From: Vulcanimicrobiota bacterium
GTDB taxonomy: Bacteria > Vulcanimicrobiota > Vulcanimicrobiia > Vulcanimicrobiales > Vulcanimicrobiaceae
NCBI GenBank assembly: GCA_963723515.1
Contig: CAVRQT010000001.1
Coordinates: 1-64,000 of the forward strand
Length of the DNA: 64,000 nt
Reading direction: 5' to 3'
A model generated the notes under the pieces. It was not told the origin of the DNA, did not search any database, and worked only from the letters and a program-made list of their open reading frames with translations. Positions 21,769 through 32,022 of this stretch are shown one piece after another (position 1 is the first letter of the stretch; every line of letters starts with the position of its first letter). The position numbers and the translations under genes were made by a program.

Positions 21769-22659
21769 TTATGAAACTGGAACGCGCGAGAGCGTCATCA
21801 AATACACGAGGCCGAACGCGGTGCCTAGATACCATAAGCCGACCGCTGTACGTTGCAGCGGCGGCACCGCATAGTACGCCGCATCGTAGTGGCCTTTGAA
21901 GCCGGCGAGCGCGCGAGGCAGCCCGATCAAGCCGAGCAGCAGCACAAAGAGCAGCGGCATATGCAAGAGCAGCGCTGCAACGATGAAGAGGCCGAAGCCG
22001 TAAATCCAAATTCGCGGCGAAAAAACCGCTGCGATGCCGCCACCATCGAACGGCGGCACAGGCACCATGTTGAAGAGATTCAGGAAGGCGCCCAAGTAGG
22101 CAGCAGCCAGCCAAAATTTTTCATGCGTGTAGATGCCGAACGCATAGCAGACGGCGCTCACCCCGAGTCCGGTGAGCGGTCCCGCTAAAGCGATGTAGGC
22201 GGATTGCTCGGCATTTTCCGGCATCGATCCCGCTGTGAATGCACCGAGAAGCGGAATAAACGTCGGCAAGCGCACCTTCAAACCGTAGTTGCGAAACGCA
22301 ACGTAGTGTCCGAACTCGTGCGCGGCGATCAACAAGACGAAGACGAGGGCAAACTTCCAACCGAAGAAGAGCGCATACGCCCACAGCGAGATCAAGAACG
22401 TCACGCCGAACGACAAGAAATACTTTGCGTAAAACAGCCACTTCAGGTTGAGCAGCAAGAGCAAGATGCCTTTGAATTTTGCGAGCAGCAGCGCGAGTCC
22501 GACGGCGATTCCGCCCGCGGCTTTCGCGGGTCCGGAGGCGCGTTGCGGCGCCGCGGCGGGTGGTTCGGATTGCCCTTCAACGGGCTCGGAACGCTCGGCC
22601 GTCCAGCGACGGGTATAGGGATTCGAGGGGATATTTGCGTTTGGGTCCGGATCGCGCAC
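21769..22659 (-). CDS. Site-2 protease (M50 family)
   Basis: HEFGH, IALAGP, NMVPVPPFDGG. Confidence 0.9.
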   Translation of the reverse strand: MRDPDPNANIPSNPYTRRWTAERSEPVEGQSEPPAAAPQRASGPAKAAGGIAVGLALLLAKFKGILLLLLNLKWLFYAKYFLSFGVTFLISLWAYALFFGWKFALVFVLLIAAHEFGHYVAFRNYGLKVRLPTFIPLLGAFTAGSMPENAEQSAYIALAGPLTGLGVSAVCYAFGIYTHEKFWLAAAYLGAFLNLFNMVPVPPFDGGGIAAVFSPRIWIYGFGLFIVAALLLHMPLLFVLLLGLIGLPRALAGFKGHYDAAYYAVPPLQRTAVGLWYLGTAFGLVYLMTLSRVPVS

Positions 22660-22742
22660 AGCGTTCTAGCTTCGCCTCGGCGCTGATGACTCTTCGCTGA
22701 CGATTGCAACTTCGCGGGCAGCAGCCAGTGTATAATCCAAAT

Positions 22743-24146
22743 ATGAGCGACCTACTGCGCGAGCCGATCGAGCGGCTGATTCGCAATCCCCGCGAGTTCA
22801 CTCGCGATCTGCACTTTCCCGACGCGCGCGAGCTGCGTATCTACGATGAGACGCTTCGCGACGGGGAGCAGATGCCGGGCGTCTGTTATACGCCCGAACA
22901 GAAATACGAAATCGCAAAGCGGCTCGCGGATATCGGCGTTCACATCTTGAGTGTCGGCTTTCCGGCCGCATCGGCGGGCGATCGAAAGACGCTGCAGATG
23001 GTCATGGAAGGCAAGCACAAGGGCGACATCGGTGATGTTGAGATCGTCGTGATGTGCCGCAGCAATCGCAAAGACATCGACATCACGCTCGAAACGCTGG
23101 CCGATGCCGGCATCTCGCCCGCTGACGTAACGTTTTTCATCTTCACGAGCGGCAGCGATCTGCACCTGAAGTACAAGATCGGCAAGACGCTCTTGCGCTT
23201 TGAAGGCAAGGATGAGCGCGAGTGGCTCGAATTGCCGCTCGACTTTTACCGCCAAGCCAACATCCGGCTACAATGCGACGTCATCGGCTATGCGCGTGAG
23301 CGCGGCGTTGCGTACATCGAATTCGGCGCCGAAGACGGCAGCCGCGGCGACGTTGATTACTTCATCGAGTACTTCAAAGCCGGGCTGGAAGCGGGCGGCA
23401 ACCGGCCGGCGTGGCCGGACACGGTTGGCTGTCTAACGCCGGAGGCGGCACGTTGGTACTGCTCGCAGATCTCGAGCGCGCTTCCCAAGGACGTTCCATT
23501 GATCTGCCACTTTCACAACGATTACGGCCTCGGCACGATCAACTGCATCACGGCCCTTGCAAACGGTTTTCGCGTTTTCTCGGTAACCGCCAATGGCTAC
23601 GGCGAACGCGCGGGCAATGTGCCGCTGCATCAAGTGGTCACCGCGCTGCACGTCCTTTACGGCATCGAAATTCCTGGCTTTAAGTATGATAAGCTGCGCG
23701 AGCTCGCGCGCTTCATGGAACGCATGAGCGGCATCCCGATTCAGCAACATGAGCCGATCATCGGCGAAAAAGTCTTCGCGCACGAATCGGGCATCCACAC
23801 CCATGCGCTCCTGATCGACCGCCGCATGTACGAGGCGGTGCCCGCGTCGCTGGTCGGCGCCGAGATGTCGTTCGTGTACGGAAAACATTCAGGCGTTGCC
23901 CTTGTCGAACAGGCGCTGCGCAAGCACGCGAATCGGCTTACGGCCGCGGGCATTAACGTTGACTCCGAATTAGCGCATCGCGTGACCGATGAGATCAAAC
24001 GCCTGCGCGAAGAACGCGCGCGCAGCGCGAAGAGCACTCAGACGATCGAGGTCTACCAAGCGGCGATGAAGCAGCTCTCGATCTCGGAGCCTGAGGTCAT
24101 CGACATCGCGCTGGCGATCGGCAAACCGGAAGCCGTCGCCAGCTAA
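22743..24146 (+). CDS. DRE-TIM metallolyase (LeuA/homocitrate/citramalate synthase family), substrate unknown
   Basis: DETLRDGEQMPG, HFHNDYG, GYGERAGN, FAHESGIH, GKHSG; no LeuA regulatory domain. Confidence 0.85.
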   Translation: MSDLLREPIERLIRNPREFTRDLHFPDARELRIYDETLRDGEQMPGVCYTPEQKYEIAKRLADIGVHILSVGFPAASAGDRKTLQMVMEGKHKGDIGDVEIVVMCRSNRKDIDITLETLADAGISPADVTFFIFTSGSDLHLKYKIGKTLLRFEGKDEREWLELPLDFYRQANIRLQCDVIGYARERGVAYIEFGAEDGSRGDVDYFIEYFKAGLEAGGNRPAWPDTVGCLTPEAARWYCSQISSALPKDVPLICHFHNDYGLGTINCITALANGFRVFSVTANGYGERAGNVPLHQVVTALHVLYGIEIPGFKYDKLRELARFMERMSGIPIQQHEPIIGEKVFAHESGIHTHALLIDRRMYEAVPASLVGAEMSFVYGKHSGVALVEQALRKHANRLTAAGINVDSELAHRVTDEIKRLREERARSAKSTQTIEVYQAAMKQLSISEPEVIDIALAIGKPEAVAS

Positions 24147-24203
24147 AGACTGCGGTCAAGCGATGCGGCACGGCTTGTGAGGCGGCTGCTTTTTTGGTAC
24201 GCT

Positions 24204-24223
24204 GTTATAACATAAGTTATAAC
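24204..24223. promoter_or_regulatory. Probable autoregulatory operator of the toxin-antitoxin operon
   Basis: Two GTTATAAC palindromes 4 nt apart (24204-24211, 24216-24223), just upstream of the antitoxin start. Confidence 0.65.
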
Positions 24224-24237
24224 GGAGATTCAGCGAT

Positions 24238-24465
24238 TTGGTCGCTCTTAAGCTTGGCAGACTCGGTAACTCAGTCGGCGCAACGTTTCCAAAAGAAACG
24301 CTTGCACGAATGAACGTGTCGGCCGGAGACATCCTGTACTTAACTGAGGCTCCGGGCGGCTTTCGGCTTACGCCCTATGATCCTGAGTTCGAACATCAGA
24401 TGTCCACCGCTGAACGAGTAATGAAGAAGCGACGCAACATGTTGCGTGAGCTCTCGAAGCGGTAA
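24238..24465 (+). CDS. AbrB/MazE-family antitoxin
   Basis: LGRLGNSVGATFPKETL..GDILYL..LTPYDPEF. Confidence 0.88.
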   Translation: MVALKLGRLGNSVGATFPKETLARMNVSAGDILYLTEAPGGFRLTPYDPEFEHQMSTAERVMKKRRNMLRELSKR

Positions 24466-24847
24466 GTATCGATGGTTGCGCACTGATGTGGCGCTCGCTA
24501 TTCATGATGCGCAGATTGCCCAACACGGCGGCGGCTCGGGTGTGCCCGACATGGCTTTGCTTGAATCCGCGCTCGCAAGACCGCGGAATGCGTTGGGATA
24601 CGCAAAGGCGGACGTAGCGCAGCTCGCGGCTCTTTACGCGCTTGGCATTTTAAGAAATCATCCATTCATGGATGGTAACAAACGGGTGGCCGCGACTGTG
24701 TTGGAAACGTTCCTTGAAGAGAACGGCCATGCACTAAACGCCAGTGAAAGTGAATTTCTTGAAGCAATCACTGCAGTAGCCGCCGGCAAAATCTCGGACG
24801 CGCGCTTTATAGGCTGGGTGCGTTCCCGCATCGACCGAACGAAGTAA
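24446..24847 (+). CDS. doc: Death-on-curing (Doc/Fic) toxin
   Basis: LESALARP and HPFMDGNKR motifs; overlaps the antitoxin. Confidence 0.9.
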   Translation: MSSRSGKYRWLRTDVALAIHDAQIAQHGGGSGVPDMALLESALARPRNALGYAKADVAQLAALYALGILRNHPFMDGNKRVAATVLETFLEENGHALNASESEFLEAITAVAAGKISDARFIGWVRSRIDRTK

Positions 24848-24878
24848 CTAAGGCTCGGCGCTCAGCTCCGCTTTGAGG

Positions 24879-25706
24879 CTAATTATTCGCGGCGCCGCCT
24901 AAACGAAACGCCGCGACGAACGCGCGAAAGAGACTCGGGAAGTCGTCGTGCTGAAATCGTACGGTGCGACCGTCAATACGTTCGAAACCCGGCATCAATT
25001 CGACAAAATCAGCCTGTTCGCTTAGGACGAAATCGATCTCGAGCGTCAACGGCGGCTCGAATCGAAACGGCCTCGCGTCGCTCAGCCGGCTGATCGCTTC
25101 GGCTGCGCCCTCGCGGATTGCGGCGCGCGCCGCTTCGGGCGACATCGAATCCACTCCGAATTTCCCAATCGCATCCTTGACCACGACGCCGCTAACCCAC
25201 GGCATCTGTGCTTTTGCGAAATTGATGGTCGCGCGATCCCCGGTGATCATGGCGACGGGAACACCGTAGGCGCCGGCGAGCGCGGCATTCAGCGTGGCTT
25301 CGCTGCAGCGCGTGCCGTTAACGCGGACGTTGTAGATCGTGCTCGGCGTGTAGGTATGCTCGAGCGTTCCATCCCGTTCGCCTGAGGGCGCATGGTAGCC
25401 GGTAAAGAATGCCGCGTCGAATTCCGGCGTCAGGCCCTGCGTCATCGAAAACGGTTTGCGGTTGCCATAGATCATGCGGACGTCGTGCGGCAGCTCGTTC
25501 CACAGGACGTTGCGCATCGAAGAATGCGAATCGTTGACGAGCACGTCGGTTACGCCGGCTTTTCGTGCGCCATCGATCGCTGCGCGCACCTCGAGCGACA
25601 TCAGGTGGCGATAATACGGATACTCGGTGAGGTTATCGGGATCGCATTGCTGCCAGCTGCAGACGGCGGCCGTACCTTCCATGTCCGCGGAAATGTACAG
25701 CTTCAT
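24879..25706 (-). CDS. dppA: D-aminopeptidase, M55 family
   Basis: YISADMEG, VNDSH, FTGYHA, LEHTY, ITGD. Confidence 0.9.
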   Translation of the reverse strand: MKLYISADMEGTAAVCSWQQCDPDNLTEYPYYRHLMSLEVRAAIDGARKAGVTDVLVNDSHSSMRNVLWNELPHDVRMIYGNRKPFSMTQGLTPEFDAAFFTGYHAPSGERDGTLEHTYTPSTIYNVRVNGTRCSEATLNAALAGAYGVPVAMITGDRATINFAKAQMPWVSGVVVKDAIGKFGVDSMSPEAARAAIREGAAEAISRLSDARPFRFEPPLTLEIDFVLSEQADFVELMPGFERIDGRTVRFQHDDFPSLFRAFVAAFRLGGAANN

Positions 25707-26170
25707 TTCGGCTGATCCGCGGCTTCGCTTCGCGCTTGCTCGAGTCCCGATTTTGCGGCCGGATTACCGGAATTCGCGCGCAGTGCGCGTTCGTACAGAG
25801 GAATCGCCTGCGCATATTTGCCCACGGTCAAATAGAGATCGCCCAGCTCAACGAGTGCGACATCGTCGCGTGGATGCGTCGCTATGCGCGCTCTGAGCTC
25901 GCCGAGTTTCACCGCGACTGCAGGCGGTGGTCCGCCGCCGACCTCGATGTTTTGTGGAGGCGCAACGTTTGCGGTACGTGCTCTTGCGGCACCGGCGGAT
26001 GGGCCAAGGGCCGAGCCGGTCGATCCGAACGCGATGCGCAGCAGATAACCGACGGCGAGCAGCAAGAGAATTGCGAAGATTGCGACGATCGGAAGGTAGA
26101 TGCGCGCGGGCAAGCCGCCCGCCGGTGAGGAGCGCACAAGAATCGCTTGGACGCGCGCGGAAAAAACCAT
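25703..26170 (-). CDS. Membrane-anchored TPR protein (start approximate)
   Basis: TM helix then ALVELGDLYLTVGKYAQAIPLYERAL. Confidence 0.7.
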   Translation of the reverse strand: MVFSARVQAILVRSSPAGGLPARIYLPIVAIFAILLLLAVGYLLRIAFGSTGSALGPSAGAARARTANVAPPQNIEVGGGPPPAVAVKLGELRARIATHPRDDVALVELGDLYLTVGKYAQAIPLYERALRANSGNPAAKSGLEQARSEAADQPK

Positions 26171-26172
26171 CC

Positions 26173-26739
26173 GTGCTGCCCGATGAGTCCACGTTGCAGC
26201 TGCTTTTCGCGCAACTGAACAATCTCTATTTCGACGGTACCATTCCGGCGTGCCGCATTCGATACAACACGCGGTTTTCAAACTCCATCGGCCGTACGGT
26301 CTACGACAGCAAGCCGATGTTGATCGAACTCTCGCCCAAACATTTTGCCAAAGCGCCCGAAGCGCTGCGCGAAACGCTACTGCATGAAATGATTCATGCG
26401 TGGCTGCATGCCCGCGGCGAGGATCCGGGTCACACCGGTGCTTTCAAGAAGAAGATGCGCGAATGCGGTCTGACCTCGATCTACCACGACCTGGGAAATG
26501 CGGCGCCGGCAAATGAGAGCCAACGGCGCTTCATCCTGCGGTGCGAACGCTGCGCCGCTGAGCTGCTTCGCAAGCGCAAGCCGCGGATGCCGGTGAGTTG
26601 CGGGCGATGCAGCGCGAGGCGTTACGATCCGCGCTTTCCGTTGACGATCTATGAAATCGTTGAGATTCGCGCTCTCGAGCCGCAGCTAGCGGTGGCGCAG
26701 CGCCATCGCGCCCGCCGCGACCAACATCGCTGCGGCTAA
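26173..26739 (+). CDS. SprT-like zinc metalloprotease
   Basis: LNNLYFDG, TLLHEMIH..H, CxxC/CxxC zinc ribbon. Confidence 0.85.
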   Translation: MLPDESTLQLLFAQLNNLYFDGTIPACRIRYNTRFSNSIGRTVYDSKPMLIELSPKHFAKAPEALRETLLHEMIHAWLHARGEDPGHTGAFKKKMRECGLTSIYHDLGNAAPANESQRRFILRCERCAAELLRKRKPRMPVSCGRCSARRYDPRFPLTIYEIVEIRALEPQLAVAQRHRARRDQHRCG

Positions 26740-27465
26740 GATTGCCGAGAGTTGCACCGACGAAATGCGCGACGCGAGTCGGGCCCCGATGACGCCGCCC
26801 GCCAGACCGCCGGCTCCCATCGTCAGCGCCGGCGCCCAAGCGATGTCGCCGGCGAGTCCATAGACGATGATGCCGATGGGCGCAGTCAGCGCGATAATTG
26901 CTGTAGAGGTGGCCGTGCAGATCAACAACGGCCGTTTCGTAAAGTAAAGCAACAGCGGCACGGCAACGACGCCGCCGCCGATCCCGAACAAGCTCGAAAC
27001 GAAACCGATCAACAGGCCCGCGCCGAGCCACCCTGCGATAACGCGTCGCCGCCGCCGCGGCGGTTCTATCGGAGTGGCGCCCTCTTGTTGGCGCCTGGCG
27101 CGCCGAATGACGTCGATCGCGATCAGCACGAGCAGCGCCGCATAGAGATAGTCGAAGATTTGAGCACTGACGTGCGTGGCCAGCAATGCCCCCGCGACGC
27201 TGCCCGGAATCGCGGCCATCACGATCGGCAGAAGCAGATCGAGCGCGACGCGCTTTTGACGAACGAACGTTACGCTGGCGCTAGCCGTATTCGCAAAGAC
27301 AAGAACGAGCGACGTTGCCGCGGCGGCGGCCGGTGCAAAACTGAAGAGAAGCCGCAGCACCGGAACGGCGATGAATCCTCCGCCCAATCCAACGATCGAC
27401 CCCAAAACGCTGGCCAGTCCGCCGGCAAGCAGCAGCTCCAGCGCTTCAATGGGCGGCAGCGCCAT
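26686..27465 (-). CDS. TauE/SafE (TSUP) family transporter
   Basis: Duplicated GLGGG..VP / GIGGG..VP motifs, about 8 TM helices. Confidence 0.88.
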   Translation of the reverse strand: MALPPIEALELLLAGGLASVLGSIVGLGGGFIAVPVLRLLFSFAPAAAAATSLVLVFANTASASVTFVRQKRVALDLLLPIVMAAIPGSVAGALLATHVSAQIFDYLYAALLVLIAIDVIRRARRQQEGATPIEPPRRRRRVIAGWLGAGLLIGFVSSLFGIGGGVVAVPLLLYFTKRPLLICTATSTAIIALTAPIGIIVYGLAGDIAWAPALTMGAGGLAGGVIGARLASRISSVQLSAILAAAMLVAAGAMALRHR

Positions 27466-29375
27466 CGCGTAATCGCGTTACGTTGAAAATTCGCAGCGGC
27501 AGCGACTTGCCTTTCACCGTCACTGGCTCGAGCTCGACTGCTTCAACAGTCTCCTTCACTTCGTCGTAGGTTGATTCACTGATAATGATTTCGCCGCCGT
27601 GCGCGACATTGTACAGCCGCGACGCCGTATTGACGCTGTCACCGATGACGGTGTAGTTCAGGCGATTGCTCGAGCCAAGATTCCCCATGATCACTTCCCC
27701 GGTGTTCAGCCCCATGCCGACGGTGAAGACCGGCTTTCCGCGCGCCGCCCACTGTTCGCCGATCTCTTTGATGCGCGTTTGCTGCTCGACAGCAGCGCGC
27801 ACCGCCCGACGGGCGTCATCCGGTTTCGGATCGGGTGCTGAGAACACCGACATCACGCAATCACCGATAAATTTGTCGACGTAACCGTCGTACTTAAAAA
27901 TGATGGCGCACATCTCCTCAAAGTACTCATTGAGCTGCTTGTAGATTTCATCGGGCGTCATGTGTTCGGACATCGCCGTGAATCCACGAATGTCGGAATA
28001 AAAAACGGTCGCTTTCACACGTTTGCCTTCCAGCGCCAGGGCCTGTCGCGGATCGTCGCGGCGCAGAAGATCGTCCACAACGGCCGGGCTGACGTGCGCG
28101 CCGAAGAGATTGCGAATGAGCCGTCGCTCCGCGCCTTCGGCAATCGTTCGATAGATCGCGACGAAGAGCGTGGCGAGCAACATCGCGAGCGCGACGTGCA
28201 GCATGTCGATCCAGATCAGTTTGGTGGCATAGAGGACGATCGCGAAGATCACGTAGAGCGCGATCGCAATGAGACACAGCAAAATGCCGCGCGTCGCGTT
28301 AAACTGGGTCACGAAAAACGCCAGCAGAAACGGCAGCAGCAGAATCAAGACGATGTTAAGAAGACGTGGCGCGGTTGCAACGAGTTTGCCGCTGAGCAGT
28401 TGGTCGATCAGCCGAAGATTCGCGTAAACCCCTGGAAAGCGCCCAAAAGGCGTCAGCACAAAATCTCCGAGCGCCTGCGCAGTCGAACCGATGACGACCG
28501 CTTTGCCGCCGGCAAGCATCTTCAAGTCTGCCACGCTCATCCGATAGGCATCGGCAAACGAGATCGTCTGCGCAAAAGGAATCGTTGTCGTTTCGGCTCC
28601 ACGACGAATCGTGATGTCTTGGCGAGCCTCTTCGGTGAACGGCAGCAGCAGGAGCACGCCGCGATCGTCGAGCGGCACGGTGCGATTCCCGATGCGTGCA
28701 TGACGCGTATCGATACGTTGGATTGCTTGACCCGTAAACGTTTGAACCGTTGCCCCCGCAAATGAGAGCAAGCGCTGATCGCCGGCGCGAATCTCGAGCG
28801 GTTGCCCCAAGAGCATGCCGCCCGGATTGTCGACCGTTGTAAAGCCTTGGCGCGCCGCGAAGGCTGACAAACGCGGATCGAGCGCTTCACGGCCAAGGAT
28901 GCCTTGCGACGTCGTGCTGATCGTGTACGGCAACACCGTCGCAATCTTCCGCATGCCGGCGGCGAATCGCGCGTCTTGCGACGGGTCGGTCGACGGCTCT
29001 GGGAAATCGATGTCGAACGCTGCGATCTTCGCGCCGGCTTTACTGCAGATTCGAAAGCAGTCGGCCGTAGTCACTGCGCGGGAATGGGAACGCCGTTAAG
29101 CCGGCGGCGGTATTGCCGATCGATTCTTCGTCGATTTTGATGAGGACGAGGCGGTCGTTCGGCGCTTCGAAGTCAACGGCCGGAAGGTGTAATTTCGCGA
29201 AGATTCCTCTGTCGTTCGCGAAAGCAACCGCATCGTTGAGGCTAACATAATCCGCAATGCGATTGAGGAACGTCGCGTTTTGAATCGGAGCGAGATAGAA
29301 GAGCAGGCCGATGATGCTCGCGCAGCCGGCCAGCGCGACTGTCGCTAGTACGCGCTTCGTCTTTTTGTTAGCCAA
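27446..29375 (-). CDS. CHASE2-domain adenylate/guanylate cyclase, frameshift near 29050-29075
   Basis: IKIDEESI..FPFPR (CHASE2), TM helices, YSDIRGFT, DKFIGDC, NYTVIGDSVNTASRL. Confidence 0.88.
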
Positions 29376-29928
29376 CTCTTCCGATATAGCGGCGGTCGCG
29401 CGTGTCGATGCGCACGACATCATCCGGGTTGACGAACAGCGGCACTTGAACGACAGCGCCTGTTTCAAGCGTTGCCGGCTTGGTCGTGCCGGTTGCCGTG
29501 TCGCCGCGAAATCCGGGATCAGTGTTGATGATGCGCAGCTCGACGTGGGCCGGAAGATCTGCGCCGATCGGTACACCGTCGTGCATCTGGACGTCCACAA
29601 CCATGCCGTCTTTTAGGAAATCGGCACTTTCTCCGATTAACTCACGCTGCAGGGTGACATTCTCGAACGTCTCCTGATCCATAAAGTGATAGCCGTCAGC
29701 GTCATTGTAGAGCATCTGCATCTGACGGTTGTCGACGGTCGCACGTTCCAGCTTCTCGCCGGCTCGGAACGTTCGCTCGACCGTCGCGCCGGATTTGACG
29801 TTCTTAATGCGCGTGCGGACGAACGCCGATCCTTTGCCGGGCTTAACGTGCAAGAATTCGATGACGGTCCACAGTTGCCCATCGAGGACGATCGTGATGC
29901 CGTTGCGCAGTTCATTCGAGGAAATCAT
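29368..29928 (-). CDS. efp: Elongation factor P
   Basis: HVKPGKGSAFVR, PGFRGDTA, KPATLETG. Confidence 0.97.
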   Translation of the reverse strand: MISSNELRNGITIVLDGQLWTVIEFLHVKPGKGSAFVRTRIKNVKSGATVERTFRAGEKLERATVDNRQMQMLYNDADGYHFMDQETFENVTLQRELIGESADFLKDGMVVDVQMHDGVPIGADLPAHVELRIINTDPGFRGDTATGTTKPATLETGAVVQVPLFVNPDDVVRIDTRDRRYIGRVG

Positions 29929-30581
29929 AGCCCGCGCTCAGTACGCATCGCGGATTTCGGTGCCCTCGTCCTTCGCCATGGACGAAAAACTTCGAGCGTG
30001 TTCTCGGTACCTGCTCGAATGCGCGCGATATTTTCGCGATGGGTGTACAGAATGAGAAGCGCCGCGAAGACGCCATAGGCGGCATACGCCGGCTGGTGCG
30101 TCGTAAACCAGAGTGCAAACGGCGCAACGACGTTGGCGACGACGGAGCCGACGGAAGAAATGGCGGTCAAGATTGCGCCAAAGAACCACCCCCCGACGCA
30201 AATGGCGCCCGCTTGCCACGAAAGCGCAATGATCGCGCCAAGCGACGTCGCGACGCCTTTGCCGCCTCGCCAGCGTAGCCACGGCGAGAAGCAGTGGCCG
30301 CTAACAGCAGCCGCGGCAACTGCGGCGGTGATCCCCGACGGCGCATGAAGCACACGCGCGATCAATACCGGCAGCAACCCTTTGAGCAAATCGAGCAGCA
30401 GAACGAGCCCGGCGCCCATTTTGCCGAGCGTACGCAGCGCATTCGCGGCGCCGATATTGCCGCTGCCGTGCGTACGGATATCGATACCGAACAGAAAACG
30501 GCCAACCAGATAGCCGGATGGAATCGAGCCGACGAGAAAGCCCGCAATCACGGCAATAATCGCAACGAGAGCGAGGATCAT
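29925..30581 (-). CDS. plsY: Glycerol-3-phosphate acyltransferase PlsY
   Basis: GSIP, GSGNIGAAN, DLLKG, GGKGVAT, HRENIARI. Confidence 0.95.
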   Translation of the reverse strand: MILALVAIIAVIAGFLVGSIPSGYLVGRFLFGIDIRTHGSGNIGAANALRTLGKMGAGLVLLLDLLKGLLPVLIARVLHAPSGITAAVAAAAVSGHCFSPWLRWRGGKGVATSLGAIIALSWQAGAICVGGWFFGAILTAISSVGSVVANVVAPFALWFTTHQPAYAAYGVFAALLILYTHRENIARIRAGTENTLEVFRPWRRTRAPKSAMRTERGL

Positions 30582-31957
30582 GCGACGGCTTTCTCCGCTC
30601 CCCGCTTGCGGAATTCGAGCGTCAACGGAACACCCTCGAAATCGAAGCTGCGCCGAATCGTGTTCTCGATGAAGCGTTCGTAATCGGGGCGGACCAATTC
30701 GGGATCGTTGCAATGGAAGACGAAAAGGGGCGGATGCACGGCCGGCTGCGCGCTGTAAAAAATCTTGAGCGCTTTTCCGCCGCTACCGGTTAGCGGATGC
30801 GCAAGCGTCGCGTCGCGGATCAACTCGTTCAAACGCGGCGTGGGAATTCGTCGCTCGAGATTCGCGGCCACGCGCATGACGAGCGGCATCACGCTTCCCA
30901 AACGCCTTCTGGTTAACGCCGAGAGGAACGTCACGGGCACAAAACGCGCAAAAGGAAGCTGATCGTGGATGGCTTCGATCAGTTCAGATTGTTTGAACTC
31001 GCCTAGCTCGCGAGCGAGGTCCCACTTGTTGGCGACGATGATCATGCCTTTGCGCTCAGCCAGAATCATTCCGGCTAACCGCCGGTCCTGCATCAGCGGG
31101 CCTACCGTTGCATCGATCACCAAAATTGCGATGTCACAACGGGCGATCGCTTGGAGCGAGCGCAGCGCGGCATAGTAGCCGATTGCGCCGTGCGCATGCA
31201 TCTTCTTGCGCACGCCCGCCGTGTCGATCAATCGAATGCGGCGGTCCTGATAGTCATAGAGCTCATCGATCGAGTCGCGCGTCGTTCCGGGTACCTCGGA
31301 GACGATCGCTCGCTCTTCGCCGAGAAGTGCATTGAGCAGCGAGCTTTTCCCGACATTGGGCTGTCCGACAAGCGCGAGCGCCAATTCATCCTCGAGCGTG
31401 GTTGAAGCGTTGCTCGGTGGCAGTTGCTCGACAATCGCGTCGAGCAGATCGCCCGTGCCTTCGCCATGGATTGCGGAGATGCACATAGGTGCGCCGAATC
31501 CAAGCCGCGCAAATTCGCCGGCCGCAGATGTTGCGACGTTTGGAGATTCGCATTTGTTGGCGGCCAGAATTGCATTGTGACGGGTCTTCCGAACGATCAG
31601 GCTAACATCTTGATCGAGCGGATGAAGTCCATCCGCCGCATCTACGACCATCACGATGACGTCTGCCGACTCCGCAGCGGCTTGCGCTTGTCGCTGGGTG
31701 GCTAGCGCGGTGTCCGCGGATTGCGCTTGCTCATCGGCAAGTCCAGCGGTGTCGACCACGCTAAAAATTCGACCGCGCCACTCGGCAAGCGCATAGATCC
31801 GATCGCGCGTTACGCCGGGCGTATCTTCAACGATCGCAAGGCGCCGGCCGATCAGCCGATTGAAGAGCGCACTCTTGCCGACGTTTGGACGGCCGACAAT
31901 TGCGACCGTCGCGGGACGTAACGCCGCCGATGTTTTCTGTACTTCCGATGTGTTCAC
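30578..31957 (-). CDS. der: Ribosome biogenesis GTPase Der
   Basis: Two G-domains (GRPNVGKS, GQPNVGKS, DTAG) plus KH-like tail ending GVPL. Confidence 0.96.
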   Translation of the reverse strand: MNTSEVQKTSAALRPATVAIVGRPNVGKSALFNRLIGRRLAIVEDTPGVTRDRIYALAEWRGRIFSVVDTAGLADEQAQSADTALATQRQAQAAAESADVIVMVVDAADGLHPLDQDVSLIVRKTRHNAILAANKCESPNVATSAAGEFARLGFGAPMCISAIHGEGTGDLLDAIVEQLPPSNASTTLEDELALALVGQPNVGKSSLLNALLGEERAIVSEVPGTTRDSIDELYDYQDRRIRLIDTAGVRKKMHAHGAIGYYAALRSLQAIARCDIAILVIDATVGPLMQDRRLAGMILAERKGMIIVANKWDLARELGEFKQSELIEAIHDQLPFARFVPVTFLSALTRRRLGSVMPLVMRVAANLERRIPTPRLNELIRDATLAHPLTGSGGKALKIFYSAQPAVHPPLFVFHCNDPELVRPDYERFIENTIRRSFDFEGVPLTLEFRKRGAEKAVA

Positions 31958-32022
31958 GGTACTGCGTGGCGGATTCGGCGAGCGGAAAGCCGTGCCTGGC
32001 GCCGAACCTTCTGAGCGTTCCC

